Made by a program: the position numbers and the translations under genes. This document shows positions 43,382 through 53,078 of a DNA stretch of 64,000 bases, piece after piece; within the stretch, counting starts at the first letter, position 1, and the number at the start of each line of letters is the position of its first letter. Origin of the DNA: Desulfobacterales bacterium. Lineage in GTDB: Bacteria > Desulfobacterota > Desulfobacteria > Desulfobacterales > UBA2174. A model generated the notes under the pieces. It did no database searches. It worked only from the letters and a program-made list of their open reading frames with translations, and was not told where the DNA came from. The DNA is taken from contig CAXXWC010000015.1 in the NCBI GenBank assembly GCA_963668645.2, forward strand, positions 96,001-160,000. Reading direction: 5' to 3'.

Positions 43382-44428
43382 TCAGACGCAATCCGACCGA
43401 TCGAGCCAGCGCACATCCTTCGGCCGGTAAGCCACCTGGATGGCATCCCCGGGTAAAAGGGCTTCGGCTTGCAGCGCTTGGGGTTCGAGGATGACCGTCA
43501 GCGCCAGCTCTCCCACCGCTACCGTGACCACCACCTTGCCCGAACGCCGGATCAGAGCCAGGCGCAGGACGGTGCCTCTGAGCCGCATGCGGCCGTCTTG
43601 GCAATCAGGCGCCTTGGTGAGCCCCAACTTCCGGGATTCGATAAACGCGGCGGAGGAGGGATCGACGCCCGGCAGAGCCACGAGTTCCTGGCCGTCGGCC
43701 AGCGGGCGGTGCCATCTTCCGTCCGGACCGGGCACCCAGGGGCCGGGGAAAAAAGTACGCGTGCCGGCGGGAAAGAGGGCCCCTGCAAAAAGATGCCAGA
43801 CCGCGTCGCAGATCTCGAAAAGCCAGGACCAGTCGTGACTGGCCACGATCAGCGTCGTGCCCCACTCATCCCGGGCCGTCAGGGCGGCCCGGCGGATGCG
43901 TTCGGCGCTCTGCGCGTCCACGCTGGCGGTGGGTTCGTCCATCAGCAACACTTCCGGTTGCAGGGCCAGGCGCGCGGCCAGAGCCGTTCGCTGGGCCTCA
44001 CCGCCGGAAAGGGCGTACCATGGCCTCCGGGCGAAGCGCTCCGGGGCCAATCCCACCGCCTCCAACGCCTGATGGACGCGACCGGCCGCTACATGCCGCC
44101 CCTCGCGCAACTTTAGCCCGTAAGCGACATTCTCGAACACCGAACGGTTCATCAGGTAGGGATCCTGGGGTAAGAGGGTCACCCTTGAGCGGATGCGCGG
44201 GTCAAAGGGCGCGGCCGGCGCGCCTTTGAAAAAAAGCCGCCCCCGGCTGGGCGTCTCGATAAAACCGAGCAGCCGCAGCAGGGTGCTCTTGCCGCTGCCG
44301 TTGGGCCCCATCAGCCCGATAATGGCCCCCGGGGCGATCTCCAGGTGGGGCACGCTGAGCACGCGGCGGCCGCCGTAAAGCTGCTGGAGGGTTTCGATGC
44401 GGTATATGGGCGGCACGGGAAGACTCAT
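43382..44428 (-). CDS. tupC: Tungstate ABC transporter ATP-binding protein
   Basis: GPNGSGKST, LSGGE, LLMDEPT; ATGA overlap with tupB. Confidence 0.85.
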   Translation of the reverse strand: MSLPVPPIYRIETLQQLYGGRRVLSVPHLEIAPGAIIGLMGPNGSGKSTLLRLLGFIETPSRGRLFFKGAPAAPFDPRIRSRVTLLPQDPYLMNRSVFENVAYGLKLREGRHVAAGRVHQALEAVGLAPERFARRPWYALSGGEAQRTALAARLALQPEVLLMDEPTASVDAQSAERIRRAALTARDEWGTTLIVASHDWSWLFEICDAVWHLFAGALFPAGTRTFFPGPWVPGPDGRWHRPLADGQELVALPGVDPSSAAFIESRKLGLTKAPDCQDGRMRLRGTVLRLALIRRSGKVVVTVAVGELALTVILEPQALQAEALLPGDAIQVAYRPKDVRWLDRSDCV

Positions 44429-45117
44429 CGGATCCGCCGCCGCAGAAAAGAGACCGAAAGGTTCACGACAAAGGCGATGGCCAGCAGCACCAGCCCCAGC
44501 GCCACCCCCATGGCGAACATCCCCTTGTTGGTTTCCAGGGCGATGGCGGTGGTCATGGTCCGGGTATGCCACTTGATGTTGCCGCCGACCATCATCGAGA
44601 TGCCCACTTCGGTCATCACCCGGCCGTAGGCGGTCACCGCCGCGGCCAGAATTCCGAAGCGCGCCTCCCAGAGGGTCGACAGCAGCAGTTGGCGCCGGTC
44701 GGCCCCCAGGGAGCGCAGGGTGACCGAAAGCTGGCGGTCCATGCTTTCGACTGCGGTGGCCGTCAGGGCCACCACGATGGGCAGGGCCAGAATCGCCTGT
44801 CCCACGGCGATCCCGGGCAGGGTAAAAAGCAGCCCCATGGATCCCAGGGGACCGCGCTGGGAAATAAACGCGTAGACGATAAGCCCGATCAGCACCGTCG
44901 GCAGGGAAAGAAGGGTGTCGACTACGATACGCACGGCCCGCTTGCCGGGAAAGGAATGGTAGCCGAGCCAAAAGCCCAACGGCAGACCGGCCACCAGACT
45001 GACGGTCATCGAAAAACTCGACACCTTGAGCGTGGCCGCCACGGCGGCAAAAGTCTCGGCATCGGCGTCGATCAGAAGGGCAAACGCCTGGACGATTCCT
45101 TCAAGGATGAATTGCAT
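44425..45117 (-). CDS. tupB: Tungstate ABC transporter permease
   Basis: LPTVLIGL, GPLG, EVGISMMVGGNI, TRTMTTAIALET. Confidence 0.9.
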   Translation of the reverse strand: MQFILEGIVQAFALLIDADAETFAAVAATLKVSSFSMTVSLVAGLPLGFWLGYHSFPGKRAVRIVVDTLLSLPTVLIGLIVYAFISQRGPLGSMGLLFTLPGIAVGQAILALPIVVALTATAVESMDRQLSVTLRSLGADRRQLLLSTLWEARFGILAAAVTAYGRVMTEVGISMMVGGNIKWHTRTMTTAIALETNKGMFAMGVALGLVLLAIAFVVNLSVSFLRRRIR

Positions 45118-45187
45118 GGCGCGGATCGAATCGGCCCGTGATGCCCGACTTGCCTGCAAGAGGTTACAGGCCGCCGGGCAACCGTAC

Positions 45188-45218
45188 AAAAAAGGGCGCC
45201 GCCGCAAAGCCCGCCTTT
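45188..45218 (-). terminator. Hairpin plus U tract between tupA and tupB
   Basis: Minus strand AAAGGCG...CGCCCTTTTTT. Confidence 0.4.
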
Positions 45219-45244
45219 ATCTTGCCGGACCAAGAGCCGAAGGC

Positions 45245-46080
45245 CTACTGCGCGTTGGGCGTAAAGAGCTGCTTGCCGAGCAGCTTGAAATCGCCGATCA
45301 GCTTCTGGGCACTTTGCCCGGCCATCCAGTTGGAAAAGGCATCCGCCAGTTCGGTCTTGGCATTGGGGCAGCGGGCCGGGTTGACCGTAATCACGCTGTA
45401 CTGGTTGAGCAGGATCTGGTCGCCCTGCACCAGAATTTTCAGCGGCGGACTGCCCTTTTGATCGGCTTCGTATTTGATGTAGGTGCCCCTGTCGGTCATG
45501 GTGTAGCCGTTGCGCTCGGCGGCCACGTTGATGGTGGCCAGCATCCCTTGCCCGGTCTGGATGTACCAGGGCTCCTTTTCCGGTATCGGGGCCCCGTGGG
45601 CCTGCCAGAGCGCCAACTCCTTCTTGTGGGTGCCGGAGTTGTCGCCGCGGCTGACGAAGGTCTGCTGCCCGGCGCGGATGGCTCCGAGGGCCGCGTTGAC
45701 CGATTTTCCCTTGACCCCGGCCGGATCGGCGCCGGGTCCGATGATGACAAAATCGTTGTACATCACCTGGCGCCGGTTGATGCCGAATCCGTCGGCCACG
45801 TACTTTTTCTCCGCTGCCGGCGCGTGCACGAGCAAGACGTCCACGTCGCAATTTTGGCCGAGCTTAAGCGCCTTGCCCGTTCCGGTGGCGGTCCACTTGA
45901 GTTCGATCCCGGTCTCCCGGGTGAACTCGGGGGCAAGATAATCGAGCAACCCGGTATTGTCGGTGCTGGTGGTGGTGGCCATCATCAGAACCTGCCCGGC
46001 GTTGGCCGGTGCGATTCAGTCGCAAAACAGATAATCATAACGGTGCCGATGATTCCTGCCATCAAATGATGTCGTCGCAT
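45245..46080 (-). pseudogene. tupA: Tungstate-binding protein TupA with a one-base frameshift in the signal peptide (possible sequencing error)
   Basis: ATTTS, GTGKAL, SRGDNSGTH, TDRGT motifs. ATG 46080 with GGAGG RBS lies 95 nt from ATG 45985, one base short of being in frame. Confidence 0.85.
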
Positions 46081-46212
46081 GACTCCCTCCTTGAGGAAAT
46101 AAGCGCGGAACGGATAGAAGGTTGGATCGAACCCAGTCAGGCAGTCCAACTGTTTTATAGTTAGACGTTACGCCAGTTGATGTCAAACCGATTCTAGCGT
46201 ACAATAATTTAA

Positions 46213-46234
46213 ATAACGTAAAATAACCCATAAC
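46213..46234. promoter_or_regulatory. ATAAC direct repeats in the divergent tupA / Mo-storage promoter
   Basis: ATAAC at 46213, 46223 and 46230. Confidence 0.5.
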
Positions 46235-46326
46235 GACCATGTGCCCTGAATCGCGGATGATCGACAGACTCGGCACGCTGTAGTGGCCGTTTCGGTAGCG
46301 GATTGGAAGCGCCGGCGTGCTTTTTG

Positions 46327-46482
46327 TCCGAGGCTGTTGGCCCAACGGAGATGGCCTGAACGATACGAAACCCGACGCCGTGGCCAAAACGGTTGCCAGA
46401 CGAGGTTGCTCGGCGAAAAATTTGCCAGGGATTGAGGTTGCGCAGAAAACGGGCATGCCTGCCGAAGAATTCGTGAAAGGAG
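46327..46482 (+). ncRNA. Moco/Tuco riboswitch-like leader (degenerate)
   Basis: Ordered elements TCCGAG..GATACG..GCCGTGGC..CAGGG..GAAA..GCCTGCCG..GAAAGGAG resemble the moaA-type Moco RNA and overlap the RBS of a Mo-storage-like gene. Confidence 0.5.
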
Positions 46483-46488
46483 CGCATC

Positions 46489-47521
46489 GTGGGAAAACTC
46501 GTAAAGGAAGGCGAACAAATTGATACTGATCGCGAGCAGCACATTTGAGGGCGGGAGCGGAAAAGCTGACCAAGCCGACCCATTGATCACCGGCCGGCTT
46601 CATATCGACTCGCCGCTGATGGGCCAATCGCTGGTGAGCAAGGCTTTTTTGAAAAATACGGAATCCAGGGAATACTTCCGGATGCATCCGGACATCAACG
46701 TGAAGGTCAGGCAGATAAACTCAAAATCGGCGGCCAGAGCATTATACAGGACGGCTTCATATCGACTCGCCGCTGATGGGCCAATCGCTGGTGAGCAAGG
46801 CCATCCAGGGAATACTTCCGGATGCATCCGGACCAACGTGCTCGGCGGCAGAGCGATTCTCGACATCCTGGTGCAGGCCAAGGACCGCCACAAGATCCTC
46901 TTGATGACCGGCGGCGGCACGCGGGCGCGGCACGTTTACAACGTTTACAACATCGGCGTCGACCTGGGAATGCCCACCGGGGTTTTATCCAAGCTCGGCG
47001 ACAAAGTCTCGTGGCAAAACGCCGAGATGCTCTCCGTGCTGCTCTCCAAGCACGGCGGGGTCAAGATCGGCCACGGGGACAACCTGGAGCAGTTGACCAT
47101 GTTCTGCCGCCTGGGATTCTTGCCCATCACCTACGGTATCCCCCCCTACGGCTTTTTCGAGCACCCGGCCGAACATGGCAGCATCCCGCCCCACCGGACC
47201 GACTGCGGCGCCTTTTTGCTGGCCGAAAACATCGGGGCCCGTTCGCTGATCTATCTCAAGGACGAAAAGGGGCTTTACAGCGACGATCCCAAGAAGCATG
47301 CCGCCGGCGCCGAGGGCTTGACCTTTTACGACCGGATTTCGGCCCGGGAGCTGTTGGCCCTCGACCTGGACGACCTGATCATCGAGCGGCCCATCTTGAC
47401 GCTCCTCCAGCGCAGCAAGTGTCTAAAAGAACTTCAGATCATCGACGCCCTGCGCCACCCCGAACATATCCTGGCCGCCCTTGAGGGCGAACACGTGGGC
47501 ACGATCATCTACCGCGACTGA
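46489..47521 (+). pseudogene. Molybdenum storage protein-like (uridylate kinase fold) gene with scrambled 5' end
   Basis: SPLMGQSL, LKIGGQSI (off frame), GGGTRARH, LGMPTGVL, IPPHRTD, KDEKGLY. GTG start MGKLVKEGE is followed by an early TGA. Confidence 0.75.
46595..46833 (+). repeat. Degenerate direct duplication
   Basis: 46595-46644 equals 46752-46801 (50 bp); 46663-46693 equals 46803-46833 (31 bp). Confidence 0.95.
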
Positions 47522-47607
47522 ATAATCGAGCCGCAAAGGAGACCTCCCCCGGACGGCTCGACTCAGGGCCGGCTCCAATCCGGCGGCCAAGGCCTGGCGG
47601 GCCGCGG

Positions 47608-47817
47608 TTACTTGTCCTGGCCGCTGCCGTCCCCCTTGTTGGGCAGGAAGACAACCTGAGCGCCCACGGCGGCGGCGATCTGGTCGATTTCCTGCCTGCG
47701 CACATGGCGTGAGTAGAGCTTCAGGTCACCGCCGCTGACCCCGACGACGCGGAAACGCGGTTTTTTTTCTCCCTTGTCGACTTTGCGCCGTTCCCGGACA
47801 AAGATTGTGGTGGACAT
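47608..47817 (-). CDS. Small basic hypothetical protein
   Basis: 69 aa, AAGGAGG RBS, divergent from PadR. Confidence 0.7.
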   Translation of the reverse strand: MSTTIFVRERRKVDKGEKKPRFRVVGVSGGDLKLYSRHVRRQEIDQIAAAVGAQVVFLPNKGDGSGQDK

Positions 47818-47893
47818 GGCGACCTCCTTGGGGCAAGTTGTTTTAAAAATAGGGGCATATACTACGATACTAACCTATATCCTTTAAGGACAT

Positions 47894-48280
47894 ATGTCAA
47901 TATCAGAAAACAACAGCCCCCAACCGGGCAGCGGCAAGCGTGAACGCTACATCCAGCCTTCGATTTTGATGGGATTGTACCGCCGCGCCTCTTACGGCTA
48001 CGAGTTGATCCAGACGATCGGCCAGTACGGATTTATCCAGGGCACGGCGCCGCCCGGGATGATCTACCGCCACCTGCGGCAGCTGGAGGAGGACGGGTTG
48101 GTGGTGTCTCACTGGCAGACCGAAGAAGCCGGGCCGGCCAAGCGGATCTACACCCTGACGGCCGATGGACGTGACCTGCTCGGCCTGTGGATCGACCATA
48201 TGAGCGAGCAGGCCGAACGGCTCCAACGATTCGTGGCGTGCTACCGCGAAGCATCGGTCGAGGCAGAACAGGCCGGCTAA
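47894..48280 (+). CDS. PadR-family transcriptional regulator
   Basis: SYGYEL, PGMIYRHLRQLE, GPAKRIYTLTADG. Confidence 0.9.
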   Translation: MSISENNSPQPGSGKRERYIQPSILMGLYRRASYGYELIQTIGQYGFIQGTAPPGMIYRHLRQLEEDGLVVSHWQTEEAGPAKRIYTLTADGRDLLGLWIDHMSEQAERLQRFVACYREASVEAEQAG

Positions 48281-48394
48281 GTCTGAACGCCCACCCGCAC
48301 AAAGAAGCGCCACCACCTAGCGGCTCATCGCACCGATATCCATCCACCCGCCGCAAGCATCGCGGCTCAGCAGCCGTCTTTGGGGCGCTATTCT

Positions 48395-48907
48395 TTATTC
48401 ATCTCGTTGCGCATCAGGCCTGAAGCGGTGGTCGGAGCGCAGGGTCCGGGCTTTTTGACTCTGTGCTTCCATCCAGCCGGTGCGCTCGACGACCGGAGCA
48501 TCGAAGGCGGGCACGAAGGGCTTGATGTCCAGCAGCGGTGTGCCGTCAACCACGTCGATACCCTGGACGTGCAGCACGTTGCCTTCCCGTTTGAGCAGCC
48601 GCACCACCGAAAGACCGATGGGATTGGGCCTGCGCGGGGCCCGGGTGGAAAACAGGCCGCGCTCCACAGTGTCCATGAAAGGGGTCACCTTGAGCCGGTA
48701 CCCCTTGGAGCGGTGGAAATGGTAGATGAGTATGAGGTGGGAAAACTCGTCCAGGTCGTCCAGGGCCTCGGACAGCTCCGGGCGCACCACCACCCGGCCG
48801 ATCACCTCGACCGCTCCGCTGGGTTGAATCGGCATGCCGGCCGGATCACCGAAAGGGGTCTGGATGGTACCGATGGGGCGGAAGCTGAGTGGATCATTAT
48901 TTTGCAT
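48395..48907 (-). CDS. tsaA: TsaA/TrmO-family tRNA methyltransferase
   Basis: PIGTIQTPF, GLFSTRAPRRPNPIGLS, DGTPLLDIKP. Confidence 0.9.
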   Translation of the reverse strand: MQNNDPLSFRPIGTIQTPFGDPAGMPIQPSGAVEVIGRVVVRPELSEALDDLDEFSHLILIYHFHRSKGYRLKVTPFMDTVERGLFSTRAPRRPNPIGLSVVRLLKREGNVLHVQGIDVVDGTPLLDIKPFVPAFDAPVVERTGWMEAQSQKARTLRSDHRFRPDAQRDE

Positions 48908-48909
48908 CG

Positions 48910-49953
48910 TTATTCCATGACATGGATCTTGTCCGGTGGCACCCTCAACCAGACTTGGCCTCCTTCAACAATGCCTTCGGCCATCAAACGACCGGTGGGC
49001 ACGATGGCCTGCCAGCAAAGGGCTTCGCAGCGAACCTGGACATCACAAAAAACGCCCTGATGGGCGATGCGCACCACCTGCCCGGCAAACCGGTTGCGCC
49101 CGTCATCGCCACCCAAAGACGAGTTGCGGGAAATCTGAATATCCTCGGGTCGCACGGCCAGGTACCGGCAGGTCTCAGCCACAGGGGTGCCCAAATCAAG
49201 ACGCACCGCCCCTGCCTGGGCTGTGCCCCCCTCGAAGTGCGCCGCCAGGATGTTTTTCATCCCCACAAATCCGGCCACCGCCGGGCAGACCGGCCGCTGA
49301 AAGACCTCGGCCACCTGTCCGATCTGTTCGATGCGCCCGGCATTGATCACCGCCGTGCGTGCCGCCAGAAAATGCGCCTCGGCAAAATCGTGGGTCACCA
49401 TCAGCACCGTCAGCCCCGTCTCATGGTGCAACTTCTTGAGCAGATCCCGGATTTCTTCACGGAAATTTGGATCCAGGGCCGACAGGGGCTCATCGAGAAG
49501 CAGGATTTCGGGAGCCACGGCCAGGGCCCTTGCCAGGGCTACCCGCTGGCGCTCGCCGCCGCTCAAATTGGCCACGCCGCGATCAAGCAGCGAATCGAGC
49601 CCCAGGCGCCGGATGAGACCTGCAATCCTTTCTCGCCCCCCCGCTTCCCGAGGCCGGTAGCGCAGCCCGTAGCGGATGTTGCGGGCCACCGAAAGGTGGG
49701 GGAAAAGGGCTTGATCCTGGTAAACGATGCCGATTCCGCGGCGTTCGGGGGGAAGATCGGTCACGTCCCGGCCGCCGATCAGGATCCGGCCCCCATTGGG
49801 GGGCACCATGCCGGCAATGGTTTCCAAAATCAGGGTCTTGCCCGCCCCGGTAGGCCCAAGGATGGTGAAAAATTCGCCGCAGGGCACGTGAAAAGATACC
49901 GCCTCCAGGGCGAATCCCGGCAGCCGGACGCATAGATTATCGACTCGGATCAT
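48910..49953 (-). CDS. wtpC: Tungstate/molybdate ABC transporter ATP-binding protein
   Basis: GPTGAGKT, LSGGERQR, LDEPLSALD, C-terminal TOBE-like region. Confidence 0.85.
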   Translation of the reverse strand: MIRVDNLCVRLPGFALEAVSFHVPCGEFFTILGPTGAGKTLILETIAGMVPPNGGRILIGGRDVTDLPPERRGIGIVYQDQALFPHLSVARNIRYGLRYRPREAGGRERIAGLIRRLGLDSLLDRGVANLSGGERQRVALARALAVAPEILLLDEPLSALDPNFREEIRDLLKKLHHETGLTVLMVTHDFAEAHFLAARTAVINAGRIEQIGQVAEVFQRPVCPAVAGFVGMKNILAAHFEGGTAQAGAVRLDLGTPVAETCRYLAVRPEDIQISRNSSLGGDDGRNRFAGQVVRIAHQGVFCDVQVRCEALCWQAIVPTGRLMAEGIVEGGQVWLRVPPDKIHVME

Positions 49954-50735
49954 GTCCTTGTCCGACCGGCCGGATTGAGCCACCGCAGCAGGAGAAACAG
50001 GCCCAGGCAGACAAAGATCAACCAAACGGCCACTGGCTGACTGTAGCGCAGCCCGTAGGCCGTAAAGCGCTCGTAGATCATCACCGGGGCGATCATGGGA
50101 TGGTAAGCCACGATGACCACGGCCCCGAACTCGCTCACCGCCCTGGCGGTACACAGGATCATGCCCACGATGACACTGCGCCACGCCAAGGGAAAAGTGA
50201 CGCGCCAGAACGTGCCGAAAGCGGTGGCGCCGAGGCTGCGCGAAACGTTTTCCAGGCGCCTCGGAATCGCCTCGATCCCATTTTTGACCGTGTTGATGTA
50301 AAACGGCAGGCCCACGAAGGTCAAAACAATGACGATGCCGGTCACCGACCCCATCACCCGCACCCCCAGGTCGGCTGCCAGCCGTCCGATCCAATGCTGG
50401 CGCCCGGCCAGGCTGAGTACGGCGATCCCGATCACCGGGTGAGGGATCATGATGGGCAAATCCACCACACTCTCGATGAAACGCTTGCCGGGAAACTCGC
50501 GGCGGGCCAGCAGATAAGCAAAAGGCGTCCCGAAAACAAATGAGATCAAGGCGGCCGTCCCGGAGGTGGAGACCGACAGCCAGATGGCCCGGCGCACGTC
50601 GGCGTCGGCGATGCTGGCCTTGAGATCGGCAGCCGTCGGCTGACGGATCATCTCCACCAGAGGGACCATGACAAACCCCACCACCAGAAGGGTACAAACG
50701 GCGGCCAGGGCATGAAAGGGGTCAGGACGGCGCAT
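49950..50735 (-). CDS. wtpB: Tungstate/molybdate ABC transporter permease
   Basis: DLPIMIPHPVIG, ARAVSEFGAVVIVAYHP. Confidence 0.88.
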   Translation of the reverse strand: MRRPDPFHALAAVCTLLVVGFVMVPLVEMIRQPTAADLKASIADADVRRAIWLSVSTSGTAALISFVFGTPFAYLLARREFPGKRFIESVVDLPIMIPHPVIGIAVLSLAGRQHWIGRLAADLGVRVMGSVTGIVIVLTFVGLPFYINTVKNGIEAIPRRLENVSRSLGATAFGTFWRVTFPLAWRSVIVGMILCTARAVSEFGAVVIVAYHPMIAPVMIYERFTAYGLRYSQPVAVWLIFVCLGLFLLLRWLNPAGRTRT

Positions 50736-50745
50736 CGGCTGGGGG

Positions 50746-51735
50746 CTACTTCCTGATGTCCACCAGGTCGGGCAGTCTGCCTGGCAGGCTGCTTCTGACC
50801 TCTTGGGAAACCACCTGGCTGGGCGCGATGGCCGGCTGGCCCATTTCCTCCAGGACTTTCAACCCGCCGTTCGGGTCGAGAAGGTATTCGAGAAATAGAA
50901 TCGCCCCGTCGCGGTTGGGGCCCTTTTTGACCAGGGTCAAACCGTAAGTGCACGACTGGCCGGTGCGCGTTATCCAGGTGCCGGGCGCCTTGCCGGTCAC
51001 CTTTACCTGCGCCATGGCGTAAAAATTATCGTACTTGTAGTTGCCCAGGTTGATGTGATCGTTCAAAATGACATACTTCAAATCATGCTGCTTGGCCACC
51101 GAGAGGTATTCCCAGGCATAGTCCATATTTCCGGTCTTGAGTAGTGAAACGAGTTCAACCGATTTAGGCCGCACGTTGGCCTCGGGCCGATTGGCGATCA
51201 GACGATCGTAAAGCCCGGGCTTGTTGTAGAACTTTTCGGCCAACTGGAGAACCATCAGCGCCCGGTAGCCGCAAGGGTCCAGGTTGGGATCACTGTGCCC
51301 CCAGACCACTTCCGGGCGGGCCAGGATGTCGTACCAGTTTTCCGCATCGACCTCGGCGGCGAATCTGCTCTGATCGGTGTAGCAGAGCACGAGCTGATTG
51401 CTGGCGAAAATGATGTTCCAGTCAGCAAAAGCCGGAATCAATCCTTTGTCGATCACCTTGTAATCGGCCGATGCCATGATGTCCGCCGGCTTGCCCAACT
51501 CACTGATCATGCGGGCCATCTTGGTGCTGCCGCCGGCTTCGCGCAGCACGTCGATCTGGGGATGGGCGGCTTCAAAGCGCTTTTCCACTTCGGCAAACGG
51601 TACGGTCAGACTTCCAGCATGAAAAACGATCACCTCTTCTTTGGCTTGCGCCGCCGCACTTAGAGCCATCACCAGGGCCGTCGCCAGCACGCCGGTTCGC
51701 CAGGCCCAAATTCTGAAAATCGATTTTCGTTTCAT
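50746..51735 (-). CDS. wtpA: Tungstate/molybdate-binding protein WtpA
   Basis: [38 protein letters not shown]. Confidence 0.9.
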   Translation of the reverse strand: MKRKSIFRIWAWRTGVLATALVMALSAAAQAKEEVIVFHAGSLTVPFAEVEKRFEAAHPQIDVLREAGGSTKMARMISELGKPADIMASADYKVIDKGLIPAFADWNIIFASNQLVLCYTDQSRFAAEVDAENWYDILARPEVVWGHSDPNLDPCGYRALMVLQLAEKFYNKPGLYDRLIANRPEANVRPKSVELVSLLKTGNMDYAWEYLSVAKQHDLKYVILNDHINLGNYKYDNFYAMAQVKVTGKAPGTWITRTGQSCTYGLTLVKKGPNRDGAILFLEYLLDPNGGLKVLEEMGQPAIAPSQVVSQEVRSSLPGRLPDLVDIRK

Positions 51736-51833
51736 GACGGGATCCCCTCCTTCCAGATTTTGAATGAGCCCTAAAACAGCCGAAATCGTTCCACCACACC
51801 CTCCGGTGACCGCTGGGAATCTCACGGCCCGAT

Positions 51834-52775
51834 TTACGCCTTTTCTTTTTCTTGCCGATCTTCCGCCGACTCTCCCGGGAAAACCATTCGGCCGCTTAAA
51901 CTGACATCATAGCCGGCAAGCACTCTGGCACAGTCGAGAAACTCCGCATCATGCAGCAGGCCCAAAAAGTACTGGACCCCTTTATCGAAGAAACGCTCTT
52001 TGGTGACCAGCAGATCGTAACGTTCCCAGCGGATGGGGATAAACTCAAGTCCCAACAGGTAGGCCACCGTGCGGATCCCCGGGCCTGCATCGGCGTGGCC
52101 GGCCAGGATCTCGAGGCCCACGTCCATGTGACGGGCCACCTCAAAGGAGTATCCCTTGATCCGGCTTCCCTTAATGCCCGCTTTTTTCAGCTCCATGTCG
52201 AGAAGCAGCCGCGTACCGGTACCCAGGGCGCGGTTGACGATGGTGATCCCGGCCTCACCGAGATCGGCCACGGAACGGATCTTGTGCGGATTGCCGCGCC
52301 CCAGAATCAATCCCTGCTCGCGGCGGCAGAAATTGACCACTACCGGGGCGCTCTCGAATTCCTGGCCGGCAATCTCGAAGTTGTAGTCCTGGCCTTCTTC
52401 CTGCATGAGGTGGCTCGAGGCCAGATGGCAAAGCCCCCGGCGCAGGGCCCGCAATCCGCCCATGCTGCCCAGATTGCCGAATACCGCCAGATGGTCCCGA
52501 TGGCGCTGGTTGAACAGCTGGACGGTCCTGTCCAGAAGCAGGTCGTTGCTGCCTGCCAGGACGAGCAATCCGTCGTAGGGCGGCAGTTTGTTGGCCGACT
52601 CTGGATAGTTGAGCGTGTGCGTTTCGACCCATTGTTCCACCAGGTGCAGCGGAAAGAGCCACTTGCCGGTAATCTTGGTGGCAGGCAAGCCTTTTTCCGA
52701 CACCAGGGTGTAGACCATCTTTTCATTGACGCCTAAAAACTGGGCCGTCTCCTTGGTGGACATGAGACGTATCAT
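51834..52775 (-). CDS. Excisionase-type HTH plus PBP-domain regulator (TaoR-like)
   Basis: [18 protein letters not shown]...[11 protein letters not shown], then AGSND, GSMGGL, REQG, NR..GTGTR, ERYDL. Confidence 0.85.
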   Translation of the reverse strand: MIRLMSTKETAQFLGVNEKMVYTLVSEKGLPATKITGKWLFPLHLVEQWVETHTLNYPESANKLPPYDGLLVLAGSNDLLLDRTVQLFNQRHRDHLAVFGNLGSMGGLRALRRGLCHLASSHLMQEEGQDYNFEIAGQEFESAPVVVNFCRREQGLILGRGNPHKIRSVADLGEAGITIVNRALGTGTRLLLDMELKKAGIKGSRIKGYSFEVARHMDVGLEILAGHADAGPGIRTVAYLLGLEFIPIRWERYDLLVTKERFFDKGVQYFLGLLHDAEFLDCARVLAGYDVSLSGRMVFPGESAEDRQEKEKA

Positions 52776-52886
52776 AATCCGTTTTCCTCCCTAGCATGAA
52801 GTTTGCCTTCAACTGGCCACCTCAACCGGGCATGAGAATATTTTGCCTATTCACTTGGGCATCGGTTGTCAATTTTTTTTTAGGTA

Positions 52887-52911
52887 ATGACCTTGGATGA
52901 CGACGAATAAC
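52887..52911. promoter_or_regulatory. 10-bp-period ATRAC direct repeats upstream of the TaoR-like gene
   Basis: ATGAC 52887, ATGAC 52897, ATAAC 52907. Confidence 0.45.
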
Positions 52912-53078
52912 CCAAAATGTGGAAAAGCCCGGAAAACCACCTCGGGGAATTTGGGTATCTGTCGACTTTTTCCAAAGGCTGCCTTATGCTGTAGGCATTT
53001 TACCTGCGCAGGCGTCAAAGCCTCCATCCACCTGCGGGGGGATGGAAGGTCGCACGCAATCCGAAAAGGCGTTTGATA

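Noticed and set aside
46595..46833. Repeat pair as CRISPR or a DGR template/variable repeat
   Set aside because: Only two copies of coding sequence, no spacers, no adenine-specific substitutions, and no cas or reverse transcriptase gene in the window
51834..52775. Excisionase domain as a sign of a prophage or ICE
   Set aside because: It is fused to a PBP sensor domain and heads the wtpABC operon; no integrase is nearby
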